64,000 bases of DNA. It comes from an uncultured Chloroflexia bacterium (GTDB taxonomy: Bacteria > Chloroflexota > Chloroflexia > QHBQ01 > JADMIH01). The position numbers were made by a program, and so were the translations under genes. This document shows positions 17,162 through 26,862 of the stretch, one piece after another. Location of the stretch: assembly GCA_963797095.1 (NCBI GenBank), contig CAWCNY010000004.1, forward strand, positions 663,632 through 727,631, written 5' to 3'. Within the stretch, counting starts at the first letter, position 1; the number at the start of each line of letters is the position of its first letter. A model generated the notes under the pieces. The model searched no databases, was not told the DNA's origin, and saw only the letters and a list, made by a program, of their open reading frames with translations.

Positions 17162-18592
17162 TCACTTCTTGCCTGGTACACCAGGCTCGGTCATAGCCAC
17201 CGGATCGAGGATGCGGTCCAATTCCTCGGCGGTGAGGAAGCCGTTTGCCAGCACGATCTCGCGGATCGGCTTGCCGGTGCGCGAGTTCTCCTGGGCAACT
17301 TTGGCGGCGGCGCTGTACCCTATGTAAGCGTTGAGAGCGGTCGCCAGGCCGTTGCTGTTCTCCACATACCAGGCGCAACGCTCCTCGTTGGCCGTGATCC
17401 CTTCAATGCAGTACTCGGCCACGACCTCCATAGCGTTACGCAATATATCTATGCTCATCAGCATATCGAACGCCATTACCGGCATCATCACGTTCAATTC
17501 AAGCTGGCCTGCCTGCACAGCCATCGTGATAGTAGTGTCGTTGCCGATCACCTGGAAGCATGCCATGTTGAGCATCTCAAGCAAGACCGGGTTGACCTTG
17601 CCCGGCATGATCGAGGAGCCGGGTTGCACCGCTGGCAGACTGATCTCGGAGAGGCCGGTCTGCGGGCCGGACGACATCAAGCGCAGGTCGTTGGCAATGC
17701 GGGTCAATTCGAGCGCCAGCAGCTTGAGCGCGCCGTGGGCTTCGGCCATCGCATACTGCGACTCGGTCATCTCCACAAGGTGCTCGGCGGGTTTGAGGGG
17801 AAGGCCCGTTAGCTCGGAGAGCTTGGTGACCACCGCTTTCTGGTAGCGCGGATCGCTGTTGAGACCGGTGCCTGCCGCCGTCGCGCCGATGTTCAATTCA
17901 AGCAGGGCTTCAGCAGCGTGCCTGATCTTCTTGTTCATCTTGTCGAGGGTTCGACCGTATGCGGTGAACTCCTGCCCTAGCCTGATCGGAACAGCATCCT
18001 GCAAGTGGGTCCTACCAGACTTTACGATGTGGTCGAACTCCTTCCCTTTGGCCGCGAAAGCCTTTTGCAGGCGCTCCAGCGAAGGGTAAAGAAGCTGCAA
18101 TTGCATCAGGGAGGCCAGTCGCATAGCGGTCGGGAAAACGTCGTTGGTCGATTGCGCCATATTTACGTGGTCGTTGGGGTGGATAGGCTTGTACTCGCCG
18201 CGCTTGCCGCCCAGGCTCTCGTTGGCTATGTTGGCAAGCACTTCGTTGGTGTTCATATTGTGCGAGGTGCCCGCGCCCGCCTGGATCGGGTCCACGCGCC
18301 ACTGGTCAAGATACTCGCCGTTCAACACCCGCTCGGCGGCGGCTACGATGGCGCTTGCGCGCTCAGGGTCAAGCTGGCCCAGGTCGCGGTTCACCTCGGC
18401 TGCTGCGCGCTTGACGAGCACCGTGGCCCGCACAAGCGTAGGGTGGGGCCGCAGACCTGTGATCGGGAAGTTGCGAATGGCCCGCGAAGTCTGCGCGCCG
18501 TACAACGCATCCACCGGCACCTGCACGTCGCCCAGCGAGTTTTTTTCGATCCGATATGCGTCACTAGCCCCATTGGTAGTGTTTTCAGCCAT
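17162..18592 (-). CDS. aspA: Aspartate ammonia-lyase (fumarase/aspartase family)
   Basis: GSSIMPGKVNP signature, QSTND, GRTHLQDA. Class II fumarase is not excluded. Confidence 0.8.
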   Translation of the reverse strand: MAENTTNGASDAYRIEKNSLGDVQVPVDALYGAQTSRAIRNFPITGLRPHPTLVRATVLVKRAAAEVNRDLGQLDPERASAIVAAAERVLNGEYLDQWRVDPIQAGAGTSHNMNTNEVLANIANESLGGKRGEYKPIHPNDHVNMAQSTNDVFPTAMRLASLMQLQLLYPSLERLQKAFAAKGKEFDHIVKSGRTHLQDAVPIRLGQEFTAYGRTLDKMNKKIRHAAEALLELNIGATAAGTGLNSDPRYQKAVVTKLSELTGLPLKPAEHLVEMTESQYAMAEAHGALKLLALELTRIANDLRLMSSGPQTGLSEISLPAVQPGSSIMPGKVNPVLLEMLNMACFQVIGNDTTITMAVQAGQLELNVMMPVMAFDMLMSIDILRNAMEVVAEYCIEGITANEERCAWYVENSNGLATALNAYIGYSAAAKVAQENSRTGKPIREIVLANGFLTAEELDRILDPVAMTEPGVPGKK

Positions 18593-18673
18593 GATGTAAG
18601 ATTCCTCCGTGTTCGTAAATGCTCACACCCATTATAATCTCCCATATCTACCCCCACAAGGCGCGCTGCCCAC

Positions 18674-19465
18674 ATGACCACACTCATCGTAAAACTCCTG
18701 CTAACTCCTATCCTCATAGCCCTCGTATCCCTGGCGGGCAGGAGGTGGGGACCGGCGGCAAGTGGTCTCCTTGTGGGATTACCCCTAACTTCGGGGCCGG
18801 TGTCAGTGTTTCTTGCTCTCGAACAGGGCACGACCTTTGCGGCGCTGGCCGCCACCGGCACGCTGGTTGGCCTGGCTGGCGTATCGGTCTTCTGCCTTGC
18901 TTACTGCCTTACGGCACGCGGGCGCTCATGGGGGCGATCCACGCTGGTGGCGTTGGGGGCCTTTGTGCCGACAATGGCGCTGCTCGGCGTTTGGACCTAC
19001 ACGCTGCCCGTAGCCTTCGCGATGGCGTTTGCCTTCCTTCTCGGAACTTACCTGCTGATCCCCAACCTGAAAGAGACGCTAAACAAGTCCAAGCCACCCA
19101 AATGGGACCTCCCTGTTCGTATGTTGATCGCGACCGGACTGGTGTTGAGCTTAACCGAAGCCGCCTCTCTGCTGGGGCCGGAGTTGAGCGGGCTGCTCTC
19201 TCCACTGCCTGTCTTCTCGACAATCCTGGCCGTGTTTGCCCACCACACTCATGGGGCTGCCTCCGGCATCAGGGTGCTCAAAGGCCAGATCATAGGGTTG
19301 TTTGCGTTTGCCACCTTCTTCCTCATAGTCGGTAGTCTCCTTACCCAGCTAGAAATCCTGCTCACTTACACCATAGCCACAGCCGCCGCCCTGGTGATAA
19401 GCGCGTTCGCGCACCTCTATGTGCGCCGCGAAGGATCGCGCCGCTCGCTTCCAGTAGGGAAGTAG
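18674..19465 (+). CDS. Conserved integral membrane protein
   Basis: About 8 hydrophobic segments with an internal duplication (WGPAASGLLVGLP / LGPELSGLLSPLP). Confidence 0.75.
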   Translation: MTTLIVKLLLTPILIALVSLAGRRWGPAASGLLVGLPLTSGPVSVFLALEQGTTFAALAATGTLVGLAGVSVFCLAYCLTARGRSWGRSTLVALGAFVPTMALLGVWTYTLPVAFAMAFAFLLGTYLLIPNLKETLNKSKPPKWDLPVRMLIATGLVLSLTEAASLLGPELSGLLSPLPVFSTILAVFAHHTHGAASGIRVLKGQIIGLFAFATFFLIVGSLLTQLEILLTYTIATAAALVISAFAHLYVRREGSRRSLPVGK

Positions 19466-19676
19466 GGGCACCAAAGGTGGGCAATGTTGTCGCATAGACC
19501 CAAGAACGTGGCCCAAGTGCGGGCACTATGCTGGTGTTCTTTTGCGACAACATTGCCACTTCCTGAAAAGAGGCGAAGCCAACCGACTCTTCTGCCGCGT
19601 ACCTCGTGCTATAATACGTCTGATGAGGGTCGTAGGCGTGCCCTGAAACTGACATAGCATCAAAAGCACAACAAAG

Positions 19677-20378
19677 ATGAGCGACAAGATCATCCTGCTT
19701 GTAGACGACGAGCCGCATATACTTGAGCTTATCAAGCTCTACATGGCGAGCGAGCCGTACAACATCGAGACCGCCACCACCGGGCCGGAGGCGTTGAGCA
19801 AGTTCGCCTCACTTAGGCCCGATCTGATTGTGCTCGACCTCATGCTCCCGGAGATCGACGGCTGGGAGGTGTGCCGCAGGATCAGGCGCGAAAGCGAAGT
19901 GCCGATCATCATGCTCACGGCGCGCACCGACGACGTGGACAAGATCGTTGGCCTTGAACTTGGCGCGGACGACTACATGGGCAAGCCGTTCAACCCACGC
20001 GAACTGGCGGCCCGCATTAAGGCTGTACTGCGCCGCGCATCGGCCCCCGAACGCCCCCTCACCGCGGGCCGCCCTCCAATGACCTTTGGCAACACCACCA
20101 TCGACCAGGATCGCCACGAAGTCACCATAAACGACGAGCAGATTGAGTTGCGCACCAAAGAATTCGAGCTATTGGTGGCTTTCGTTCAGCACAAGGGGCT
20201 TGTCCTGGAACGCGACAAGTTGCTCAACATAGTGTGGGGCTACGAATATTTCGGCGACACGCGCACAGTTGATGTGCACGTAGCCCATCTGCGCGACCGG
20301 TTGGCAGGCTCCAACATCAATATCCAGACGATAAGAGGCGTAGGTTACAAGGCGGTGCTGTCGGACGAAGAACGATAG
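19677..20378 (+). CDS. OmpR/PhoB family response regulator
   Basis: REC domain plus winged helix (RTVDVHVAHLR...TIRGVGY). Confidence 0.95.
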   Translation: MSDKIILLVDDEPHILELIKLYMASEPYNIETATTGPEALSKFASLRPDLIVLDLMLPEIDGWEVCRRIRRESEVPIIMLTARTDDVDKIVGLELGADDYMGKPFNPRELAARIKAVLRRASAPERPLTAGRPPMTFGNTTIDQDRHEVTINDEQIELRTKEFELLVAFVQHKGLVLERDKLLNIVWGYEYFGDTRTVDVHVAHLRDRLAGSNINIQTIRGVGYKAVLSDEER

Positions 20379-20544
20379 ACGGACGAAGGACGAAAGCGAT
20401 TTTACAAGCATTTTACACTCACGCTACCCTCATCTAATCGCACCCTGCTAAGGTAGAATGATAACCGCACGATCGAACTTCACTAGCAATTCGTCACTCG
20501 TCACTCGTCACTCGTCACCCGTCACTCGTCGTCCGCCCAAAACA

Positions 20545-22140
20545 ATGTTTCGCACTCTAAGGTCCAAGCTAACATTCTCTTACCTGGCGGTGGCGCTCCT
20601 TTGCCTGCTGCTTGCAATCGGAGGCACGCTGGCGCTGGCGCGTAACTACGCACAACGCGAGGGCTACAAAACGCTGGACGAGAAGTGGTCGCTGGCGATG
20701 CCCCTCATTAGAGTAGCAGCCAACAACGAGGCCCGCCGCGACACCGTCCTCACGCGGGCGATCCTGGGCACTGTTCAGGATGCCATACGAAACGCCAACG
20801 TGCGCGTGCTGCTGGTGGACCCCGCTACCCTCCAGGTGGTCGAGGACACGTCGACGCGCTACAACGCCACGGGCCAGCGCATCAATTTCGACGTGGACGA
20901 TGCCGACCTTCAAGACCAACTGCTATCCAGCGACGGCGTGCAGGGGGTCTATCGCTTCGGTGGCGAGGTCGAGGCGCTCCAATATGTAGCCAGGCGCGTG
21001 CCCGCTGTGCGCATCGGCGCCGGTGCTCAGGCACAAAATGACCTGGGGGCGGCCATTTCCTACATAGTGGTGCTCGCCCAGCCTGTGCCACGACTATTTA
21101 CCGGGCTGATCGGTGAGCTTCGCGATGCCCTGATCCCTTCAATAGTAGTGGCTCTGCTTGTGGCGCTCATTGTCGCCTATCTTCTCGCTAGATCGATCTC
21201 AAGGCCAGTGAGCAGGCTGGCGACCGCAGCCGCGGCCCTCGCGAAAGGCGATTACACCCAGCGAATTGAAGTGAACGGCCAGGACGAGTTGGCGACCCTC
21301 ACAGGCCGGTTCAACGAAATGGCAGCCGAGGTGGGGCGCGCCCACCAGATGCAGCGTGATTTCATCGCGAACGTGTCGCACGACCTCAAAACACCTCTCA
21401 CATCGATTCAGGGATTCTCTCAAGCCATGCTGGATGGCGCTATCCGGGATGAAGCGGGCTACCGGCAGGCGGCGGGCATCATCAACACCGAGGCCCACCG
21501 CATGACCCGATTGGTGGCCGAACTCCTCACCCTGGCGCGTCTTGAGTCCGGTCTCCACTCGCTTGAGATGCGCCCCGTCGATTTGGGCGAGGTGATCACG
21601 CAGCTTGCGCTAGCCATGCAACCGCAGGCCCGAGATGCAGGGGTCACTCTGTCGGCGCGCCTTCTCGTGCAGGATGCTATCGTGCTGGCCGACGTGGACA
21701 AGCTCAAGCAAGCGTTCGGCAACCTGGTAGATAATGCCCTCAAGCATACGCCGCCCGGAGGCAAAGTCACCCTGGAAATGAGCCGCATACCCGGTGGCGT
21801 GATGGTCAAGGTGGTGGACACCGGTAAGGGCATCCCGCCCGACGAGTTACCCCGCGTTATGGAGCGCTTCTACCAGATAGAGAAGGCGCGCACATCAAGC
21901 GGGTTGCCCAATGCCGACGAGCGCCGCATCGGCCTGGGCCTCGCTATAGCACGCGAGATTGTGAACGCGCACCGGGGCGGCATCACCATCGAAAGCGCGG
22001 TGGGCGTTGGAACGACGGTGCTGGTCAGCCTCCCCGCCGAGCCTGCCCACGCCGAACCCCAGGCAGGCCAAAAGAGGCCCACCCGCGTCCCCAACGGTAA
22101 AGAGCCTGCGGAACCTCTCCTCCCCAGCAGCCCCAGGTGA
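20545..22140 (+). CDS. HAMP-domain sensor histidine kinase
   Basis: Two TM segments, HAMP, SHDLKTPL, NLVDNALK, DTGKG, GLGLAI. Confidence 0.93.
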   Translation: MFRTLRSKLTFSYLAVALLCLLLAIGGTLALARNYAQREGYKTLDEKWSLAMPLIRVAANNEARRDTVLTRAILGTVQDAIRNANVRVLLVDPATLQVVEDTSTRYNATGQRINFDVDDADLQDQLLSSDGVQGVYRFGGEVEALQYVARRVPAVRIGAGAQAQNDLGAAISYIVVLAQPVPRLFTGLIGELRDALIPSIVVALLVALIVAYLLARSISRPVSRLATAAAALAKGDYTQRIEVNGQDELATLTGRFNEMAAEVGRAHQMQRDFIANVSHDLKTPLTSIQGFSQAMLDGAIRDEAGYRQAAGIINTEAHRMTRLVAELLTLARLESGLHSLEMRPVDLGEVITQLALAMQPQARDAGVTLSARLLVQDAIVLADVDKLKQAFGNLVDNALKHTPPGGKVTLEMSRIPGGVMVKVVDTGKGIPPDELPRVMERFYQIEKARTSSGLPNADERRIGLGLAIAREIVNAHRGGITIESAVGVGTTVLVSLPAEPAHAEPQAGQKRPTRVPNGKEPAEPLLPSSPR

Positions 22141-22171
22141 GAACCGGCTCGATCTCGCCAAAAGCTCCTAT

Positions 22172-22222
22172 AGGAGCGAACGGTCGTAAGGAGCGAACGG
22201 TCGTAAGGAGCGAACGGTCGTA
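22172..22222. repeat. Three perfect tandem 17-mers AGGAGCGAACGGTCGTA
   Basis: Direct reading; no spacers. Confidence 0.9.
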
Positions 22223-22239
22223 CGCACACAAAGCAAGTA

Positions 22240-22320
22240 GTCCCAAAGGGACGCAAGAGAGTAGCCCAGGGCGTAAGCCCTGTGGTAAGGCAAGGAAAGT
22301 GCCAAAGCCCCGAGGGGCGT
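22240..22320. repeat. REP-like composite palindrome cluster
   Basis: GTCCCAAAGGGAC, AGCCCAGGGCGTAAGCCCTG and GCCCCGAGGGGC hairpins. Confidence 0.6.
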
Positions 22321-22442
22321 AAGAGGACGCACAAGACAACAACCCCAACCCCTTTGTGATCCCTTCGTGCTCTTTGCGCCTTAGTAGTTCAAAACACCAG
22401 GCTTCGCACATCTCACGCATAAAAAGTCATACCAATAGGTAC

Positions 22443-22471
22443 TTGCATCCACAGAACAAGTGCGCTAAGAT
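22443..22471 (+). promoter_or_regulatory. Sigma70-type promoter
   Basis: TTGCAT-17 nt-TAAGAT. Confidence 0.55.
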
Positions 22472-22477
22472 CCTACA

Positions 22478-22927
22478 CAAGAAGTACTTTCAACCTCCCT
22501 GCCGCGCAGCAAGGAGGGCAAAAGGACAAGACTGGTGTCCCTGTGTATCTTTGCGTTAGTACCTTTACAAACCACATAAACCATCACTACTACCAGCACT
22601 TTACAAACCAAAGAGAATGGTGAGCCAAAAGCCGGTGGCTCTCTCAACACCACCCCCCACCCCTCCGGTCTCTCATCACCGGACCCTTACAGCAACCCGC
22701 AAGTAGCCCACAAGGCGAACACAAGGGAACCTCACAAGGGAAACAGCACGGAGCAGCGAAGCAGTGTGCATTCGTGTCGCACCCTCTAAAGGCAAGAGCA
22801 ATCTTGTGCTAACTGCAAACACGAGCCCAGTTGCGCCATAGGGACATCCCTTCTATTCAGCAACAGCCACAACGAAACACAAAAAGGAAAGGGTGCACAA
22901 GCCCAAAAGCAAGTGCACCCCCTTTCC
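22478..22927 (+). ncRNA. Candidate ~450-nt multi-hairpin A/C-rich ncRNA
   Basis: Promoter upstream, terminal hairpin at 22886-22927, about 10 short hairpins, no credible ORF. Confidence 0.4.
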
Positions 22928-23073
22928 CATACCCATCAATCACCAAATCCAACAAGAAATCCGCAATTCCGAACTCTGCACTCCGCACAAGGCCTTCCAT
23001 TGATCTTGTTTGCACTGGAAACTTGCGGCGGGCAAAGTTATAATTCTCAGGATGGGGAAACGAACGGACACCA

Positions 23074-23253
23074 ATGCCTGAAATCGGCAACTGGCTCTTG
23101 CCTCTACTTGTGGTGGTCGTGCTGGCAGTTGCCACGCTCGTATTTGCGCGCTTCATCGGCCAATGGATTGACGCACAGGGCAACTCCGTCGTAGACAAAC
23201 CACGTGAGACGCGCAAGCGGCGATCACAGGACACGGAGCACCGTTCGGAATAA
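23074..23253 (+). CDS. 59-aa single-TM small membrane protein
   Basis: MPEIGNWLLPLLVVVVLAVATLVFARFIGQWIDAQG...; ends just before the RBS of the next gene. Confidence 0.6.
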   Translation: MPEIGNWLLPLLVVVVLAVATLVFARFIGQWIDAQGNSVVDKPRETRKRRSQDTEHRSE

Positions 23254-23271
23254 CAACCTCGGAGGAATCTA

Positions 23272-23631
23272 TTGAACTGGACCGGAATCATATTCGGCCT
23301 CTTTTCTGCGCTTGTAATAGGCATGGGCTTCGTGTGGGTGATCAGGTTCGAGTACCTGGTTGGCGCGTACAGGTGGAAGTGGGTGGCAGCTGCCGGCCTC
23401 GCACTGGTGGCCGCGTCAATCTTCATGCCCAACTTTGCCCTCGCCGCCCTCCTGGGCATCGCGGGAGGCAGCATCACATGGGGCGCTATGGAACTACCTC
23501 ACCAGGAGGAACGCGTGGACCACGGCCTCTTTCGTGCGCACCCCAGGCGCGCCGAGCGCCCTCACCTGGCACACAATGACAGCAATGCTCACGGCAACAA
23601 GCCAGGTCTCGGCAAATGGTGGAGCTTTTAG
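23272..23631 (+). CDS. DUF4491-like membrane protein
   Basis: MNWTGII...VIRFEYLVG...WGAMELPHQEERV pattern. Confidence 0.75.
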   Translation: MNWTGIIFGLFSALVIGMGFVWVIRFEYLVGAYRWKWVAAAGLALVAASIFMPNFALAALLGIAGGSITWGAMELPHQEERVDHGLFRAHPRRAERPHLAHNDSNAHGNKPGLGKWWSF

Positions 23632-24117
23632 ATGCTATTCGGCCTTGATCTACAAATAGCAGGACCCATCCTGGCGGGAGTGACCTTCCTGACCATCTGG
23701 TGGGGTCATGTGCTTGTGCGTATCGTCCACTACTATTTTGGCACGCGTCCAGCACCTATCCTGTTCGTGGTGGGGTTGCTACTCCTGTTCACAAGCACGC
23801 AGTTGGGCAGCGATCTTTTGTCGGCGGGGCTTGGCATAGTGGGCCTCACGCTACTGTGGGATGCCTTCGAGCTACATCGCCAGGAGGCGCGGGTGCGCCA
23901 GGGCCATGCGCCGCTCAACCCAAGAGTCCATCACGAGGCGGCGGGTATGCTCGCGTCAAGTCTTGCTACCGAGCATGTTGGTGAGAGCGAAGAAGGTGTA
24001 TGCCTCTCCTGCGGCTCGACCGACACAACCCGCTTCCTGTGCAGGCACGGGCCTTACTGCAAGGTGCGACAGTGGGACCGCTACCAACCGCCCCAGCCCA
24101 TCCCCATCGAGGAATGA
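23632..24117 (+). CDS. DUF4491-like membrane protein with Cys-rich C-terminal tail
   Basis: HVLVRIVHYYFG...WDAFELHRQEARVRQG..P.NP; tail CLSC...CRH..YC. Confidence 0.7.
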   Translation: MLFGLDLQIAGPILAGVTFLTIWWGHVLVRIVHYYFGTRPAPILFVVGLLLLFTSTQLGSDLLSAGLGIVGLTLLWDAFELHRQEARVRQGHAPLNPRVHHEAAGMLASSLATEHVGESEEGVCLSCGSTDTTRFLCRHGPYCKVRQWDRYQPPQPIPIEE

Positions 24118-24121
24118 TCTG

Positions 24122-24176
24122 GTCCTAAGATAGAGAGAATGGGCGGTTTTGCCGCCCATTCTCTCTATCTTAGGAC
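24122..24176. terminator. 25-bp perfect inverted repeat between convergent genes
   Basis: GTCCTAAGATAGAGAGAATGGGCGG-TTTTG-CCGCCCATTCTCTCTATCTTAGGAC. Confidence 0.75.
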
Positions 24177-24185
24177 GTGTATTGG

Positions 24186-25712
24186 TTACTCGTCCTCTTT
24201 GGGGGGCACGGGCTTGGCGGTGCCTTCTATCACATGCTGTGCGGCTACCCCATCGCCGGTGCCGTTGGTCGAGGTTGCGGCTGAGTTATCCAGACCGGTC
24301 ACGTGGCTGAGTAGGTCGGCTACCTTCACACCCGTCAGTGTCTCGAACAATTCGGGGATCTGGGCAACCATGCGGGCGATGTCGGCGGTAAGCTGGTTCG
24401 CACCCGCGCCTTTGCCGTCGTTGCTGCCGGTAGACACGATGGTGATCTTATCCACCTGGCTCAAAGGCTGGGCGATAGCGCGAGCCACTTCAGGCATGCC
24501 TGACAGGAGCTTATCGAGCACGGCTGCCTGGTTGTATTCGCGGAACGCGCCCGCACGCATATGCATAGCGTCGGCTTCCGCCTGGCCCTTGGCACGAATA
24601 ACTTCTGCCTCTGCGAGACCACGCGACCTTTCGGCGTCGCCATCGCCGGCACCTTGCACCCTGGACGCTTCAGCCGCGCCCTGTGCTTCCAGTGAGCGGC
24701 GCTGCTTCTCGGCTTCGGCAAGGGTCTCTATCCGCTGGCGCTCGATCTCGGCAGGCTTGAGCACGGTAGCGATAAGCTCGCGCTCTCGGCGCTGGATCTC
24801 GGCGTCCTGCACCTTGATCTGCTCTTCGCGCTGGATGCGCTCGATGCGCACTGCCTCAGCAGCCACCTGCTGCTGCATGATGTTAGCCTGGATGTCGTAC
24901 GTCTTGTCGGCGGTAGCCTGCTGCTTGCGTACTGAGGCCATGTAATCGGCCCGCTTTAGCTCAAGGTCGCGCTGGGCCTCGGCCTGCTTGGCAGCCGAAG
25001 CGGTCTCGGCCATCACTCGCTCCTGGTCGGCCTGCGCGCGTGCGATTGCCGACTCGCGCAACGCCTGGGCGCGCTTGATCTCGGTGTCGCGCTCGGCCTC
25101 CGCCGTGGCGATATCGGCCTGCCTCTTGATCGAAACGATATCAGGGCGACCCATGTTCACGATATAATCGTTCTTGTCGCGCACCTCTTTGATGGTGAAC
25201 GACACAATCTCAAGACCCATCTTGTCCATATCGTCCGCGGATGTGGCACGCATCCGGTCGGCAACCATTTCGGGCTGCTTCACAATCTCCTCGACCGTAA
25301 GCTGGCCCACGATGCCGCGCAAGTGACCTTCCATCACGAGCCGGATGAAAGCTTCGCGCTGAAGGGCGTTCTTGGTAAGCAATTGCTCGGCAGCGGTGCG
25401 GATCGAGTTGGGATCGCTCTTGATCTTGATCTGGGCAACCGCCTCCACGTTGACCGCCACACCCTGCTTGGTGAAGAGGTCCTGGGTGGGAGCCACATCG
25501 AACGACATCAACTCAAGCGAGAGGAGCTTGGAATCCTGCAATACAGGGAGGACTACAGCGCCTCCGCCCTTGATCACCCTGGGCTGACCACCGGTGCCAA
25601 GACCGTAGATCACCAGCGCCTCGTTCGGGCCAACCTTGCGCACGAGGCTTACTATCCAGGCCAAACCCAGAAGGATCACTACAACCAAACCAATAATGAT
25701 ATACAGTTCCAC
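24186..25712 (-). CDS. Flotillin (SPFH domain) protein
   Basis: N-terminal TM, SPFH domain (EGHLRGIVGQLTVEEI), AEA-rich coiled coil, VDKITIV. Confidence 0.93.
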   Translation of the reverse strand: MELYIIIGLVVVILLGLAWIVSLVRKVGPNEALVIYGLGTGGQPRVIKGGGAVVLPVLQDSKLLSLELMSFDVAPTQDLFTKQGVAVNVEAVAQIKIKSDPNSIRTAAEQLLTKNALQREAFIRLVMEGHLRGIVGQLTVEEIVKQPEMVADRMRATSADDMDKMGLEIVSFTIKEVRDKNDYIVNMGRPDIVSIKRQADIATAEAERDTEIKRAQALRESAIARAQADQERVMAETASAAKQAEAQRDLELKRADYMASVRKQQATADKTYDIQANIMQQQVAAEAVRIERIQREEQIKVQDAEIQRRERELIATVLKPAEIERQRIETLAEAEKQRRSLEAQGAAEASRVQGAGDGDAERSRGLAEAEVIRAKGQAEADAMHMRAGAFREYNQAAVLDKLLSGMPEVARAIAQPLSQVDKITIVSTGSNDGKGAGANQLTADIARMVAQIPELFETLTGVKVADLLSHVTGLDNSAATSTNGTGDGVAAQHVIEGTAKPVPPKEDE

Positions 25713-25714
25713 CT

Positions 25715-26380
25715 CTATCGAACCTCCCTTTCAGTCAACAGCGCGTCAACGTCTTGCACATAAGCAAGACCGCGCTCGTACCTGATGATCACCACTTCTG
25801 CCCCTTTGGCGATGGCACTATCGTCAACACTGCGGGCGCCCGCAGTGAAGCGCGTGCCCTTCTTAGTATAGACGATCTCGCCCACACCGCCTGAGCGTAT
25901 GGGGCTGACAACCCTGGCCGCCGTCCCCGGCAGGCGAAAGTCGCTATCCTCCAGGGGCTTGCTCATCATGGGCCACAGCACGCGGGCCAGCAAGACGAAC
26001 ATGATCGCGCCTCCCACTAACCCGCTTGCCACCGCCAGCAGAGCCGCCAGCCAGCCGTAAAGCCCCAGCGATTGGCGGAGCAGATAGCCGACCCCACCGA
26101 ACCACGTAATCGTAGCCATGATGGTCGGCATATTAAGGAAGCCTGGGCCATCGTGGCCGGCATGGGCGGCATGCGCCAACTGATGGCCCCCTGCATCGGC
26201 ATGAGCATCCCCGATTTCGATCTGGATATCGTGCCCACCAGGCAAGTCTATATGTATGTCGTGACCTCCCGCGTCCGCGCCGCCCCCAACCCAACCGAGT
26301 AGGAGGGACGCGACCGTGAAGATCAGTCCGAAAAGGAAGAACGACAGAAATAGATTCGCCAGCCAGTCAGAACCAAACAT
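25715..26380 (-). CDS. NfeD-like membrane protein (flotillin partner)
   Basis: TM segments, His-rich loop and C-terminal OB fold; directly upstream of flotillin. Confidence 0.85.
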   Translation of the reverse strand: MFGSDWLANLFLSFFLFGLIFTVASLLLGWVGGGADAGGHDIHIDLPGGHDIQIEIGDAHADAGGHQLAHAAHAGHDGPGFLNMPTIMATITWFGGVGYLLRQSLGLYGWLAALLAVASGLVGGAIMFVLLARVLWPMMSKPLEDSDFRLPGTAARVVSPIRSGGVGEIVYTKKGTRFTAGARSVDDSAIAKGAEVVIIRYERGLAYVQDVDALLTEREVR

Positions 26381-26478
26381 AGCGCACTCACGCTCCTTTC
26401 ACTCAGTCCCAACCCACCGGCATGGTTCATTATTTATTTACGCAACAAGTCCAATAAAGTTGCATGGGGCAGATTCTG

Positions 26479-26784
26479 TTAGAACATGCCGGGGATATTC
26501 AGCCCGCCCGTTATTGCCCCCATTTTCTTTTGGGCCATGTCTTGAGCGTGTTCAAGTGCCTGGTTGAATGCGGTCATCAACATATCCTGAAGTGTTTCCA
26601 CATCATCAGGATCTACGGCATCGGGGTCAACGGTCACCGCCATTACCTTGTGGTGACCGTTCATCTCGATGGTAACGGCTCCGCCGCCAGAGGTGGCCGT
26701 GACGGTCTCATTGGCGAGGTCCTCCTGAGCCTTGAGCATCTTCTTTTGCATATCCTGCAACTGGCGCATCATTCGATTGTCCAT
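26479..26784 (-). CDS. ybaB: YbaB/EbfC nucleoid-associated protein
   Basis: SGGGAVT, DPDDVETLQD, GGLNIPG; follows dnaX. Confidence 0.93.
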   Translation of the reverse strand: MDNRMMRQLQDMQKKMLKAQEDLANETVTATSGGGAVTIEMNGHHKVMAVTVDPDAVDPDDVETLQDMLMTAFNQALEHAQDMAQKKMGAITGGLNIPGMF

Positions 26785-26862
26785 ATGGGGTTATCTCCTT
26801 GTTGAGTGGATAGACGCTGGATGATGGACCGCAGACGATTTCTCTAAGTCCAGTCCTGTTGT

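Noticed and set aside
22172-22222. Possible mini-CRISPR array
   Set aside because: The units are contiguous 17-mers with no spacers, and there are no cas genes in the window.
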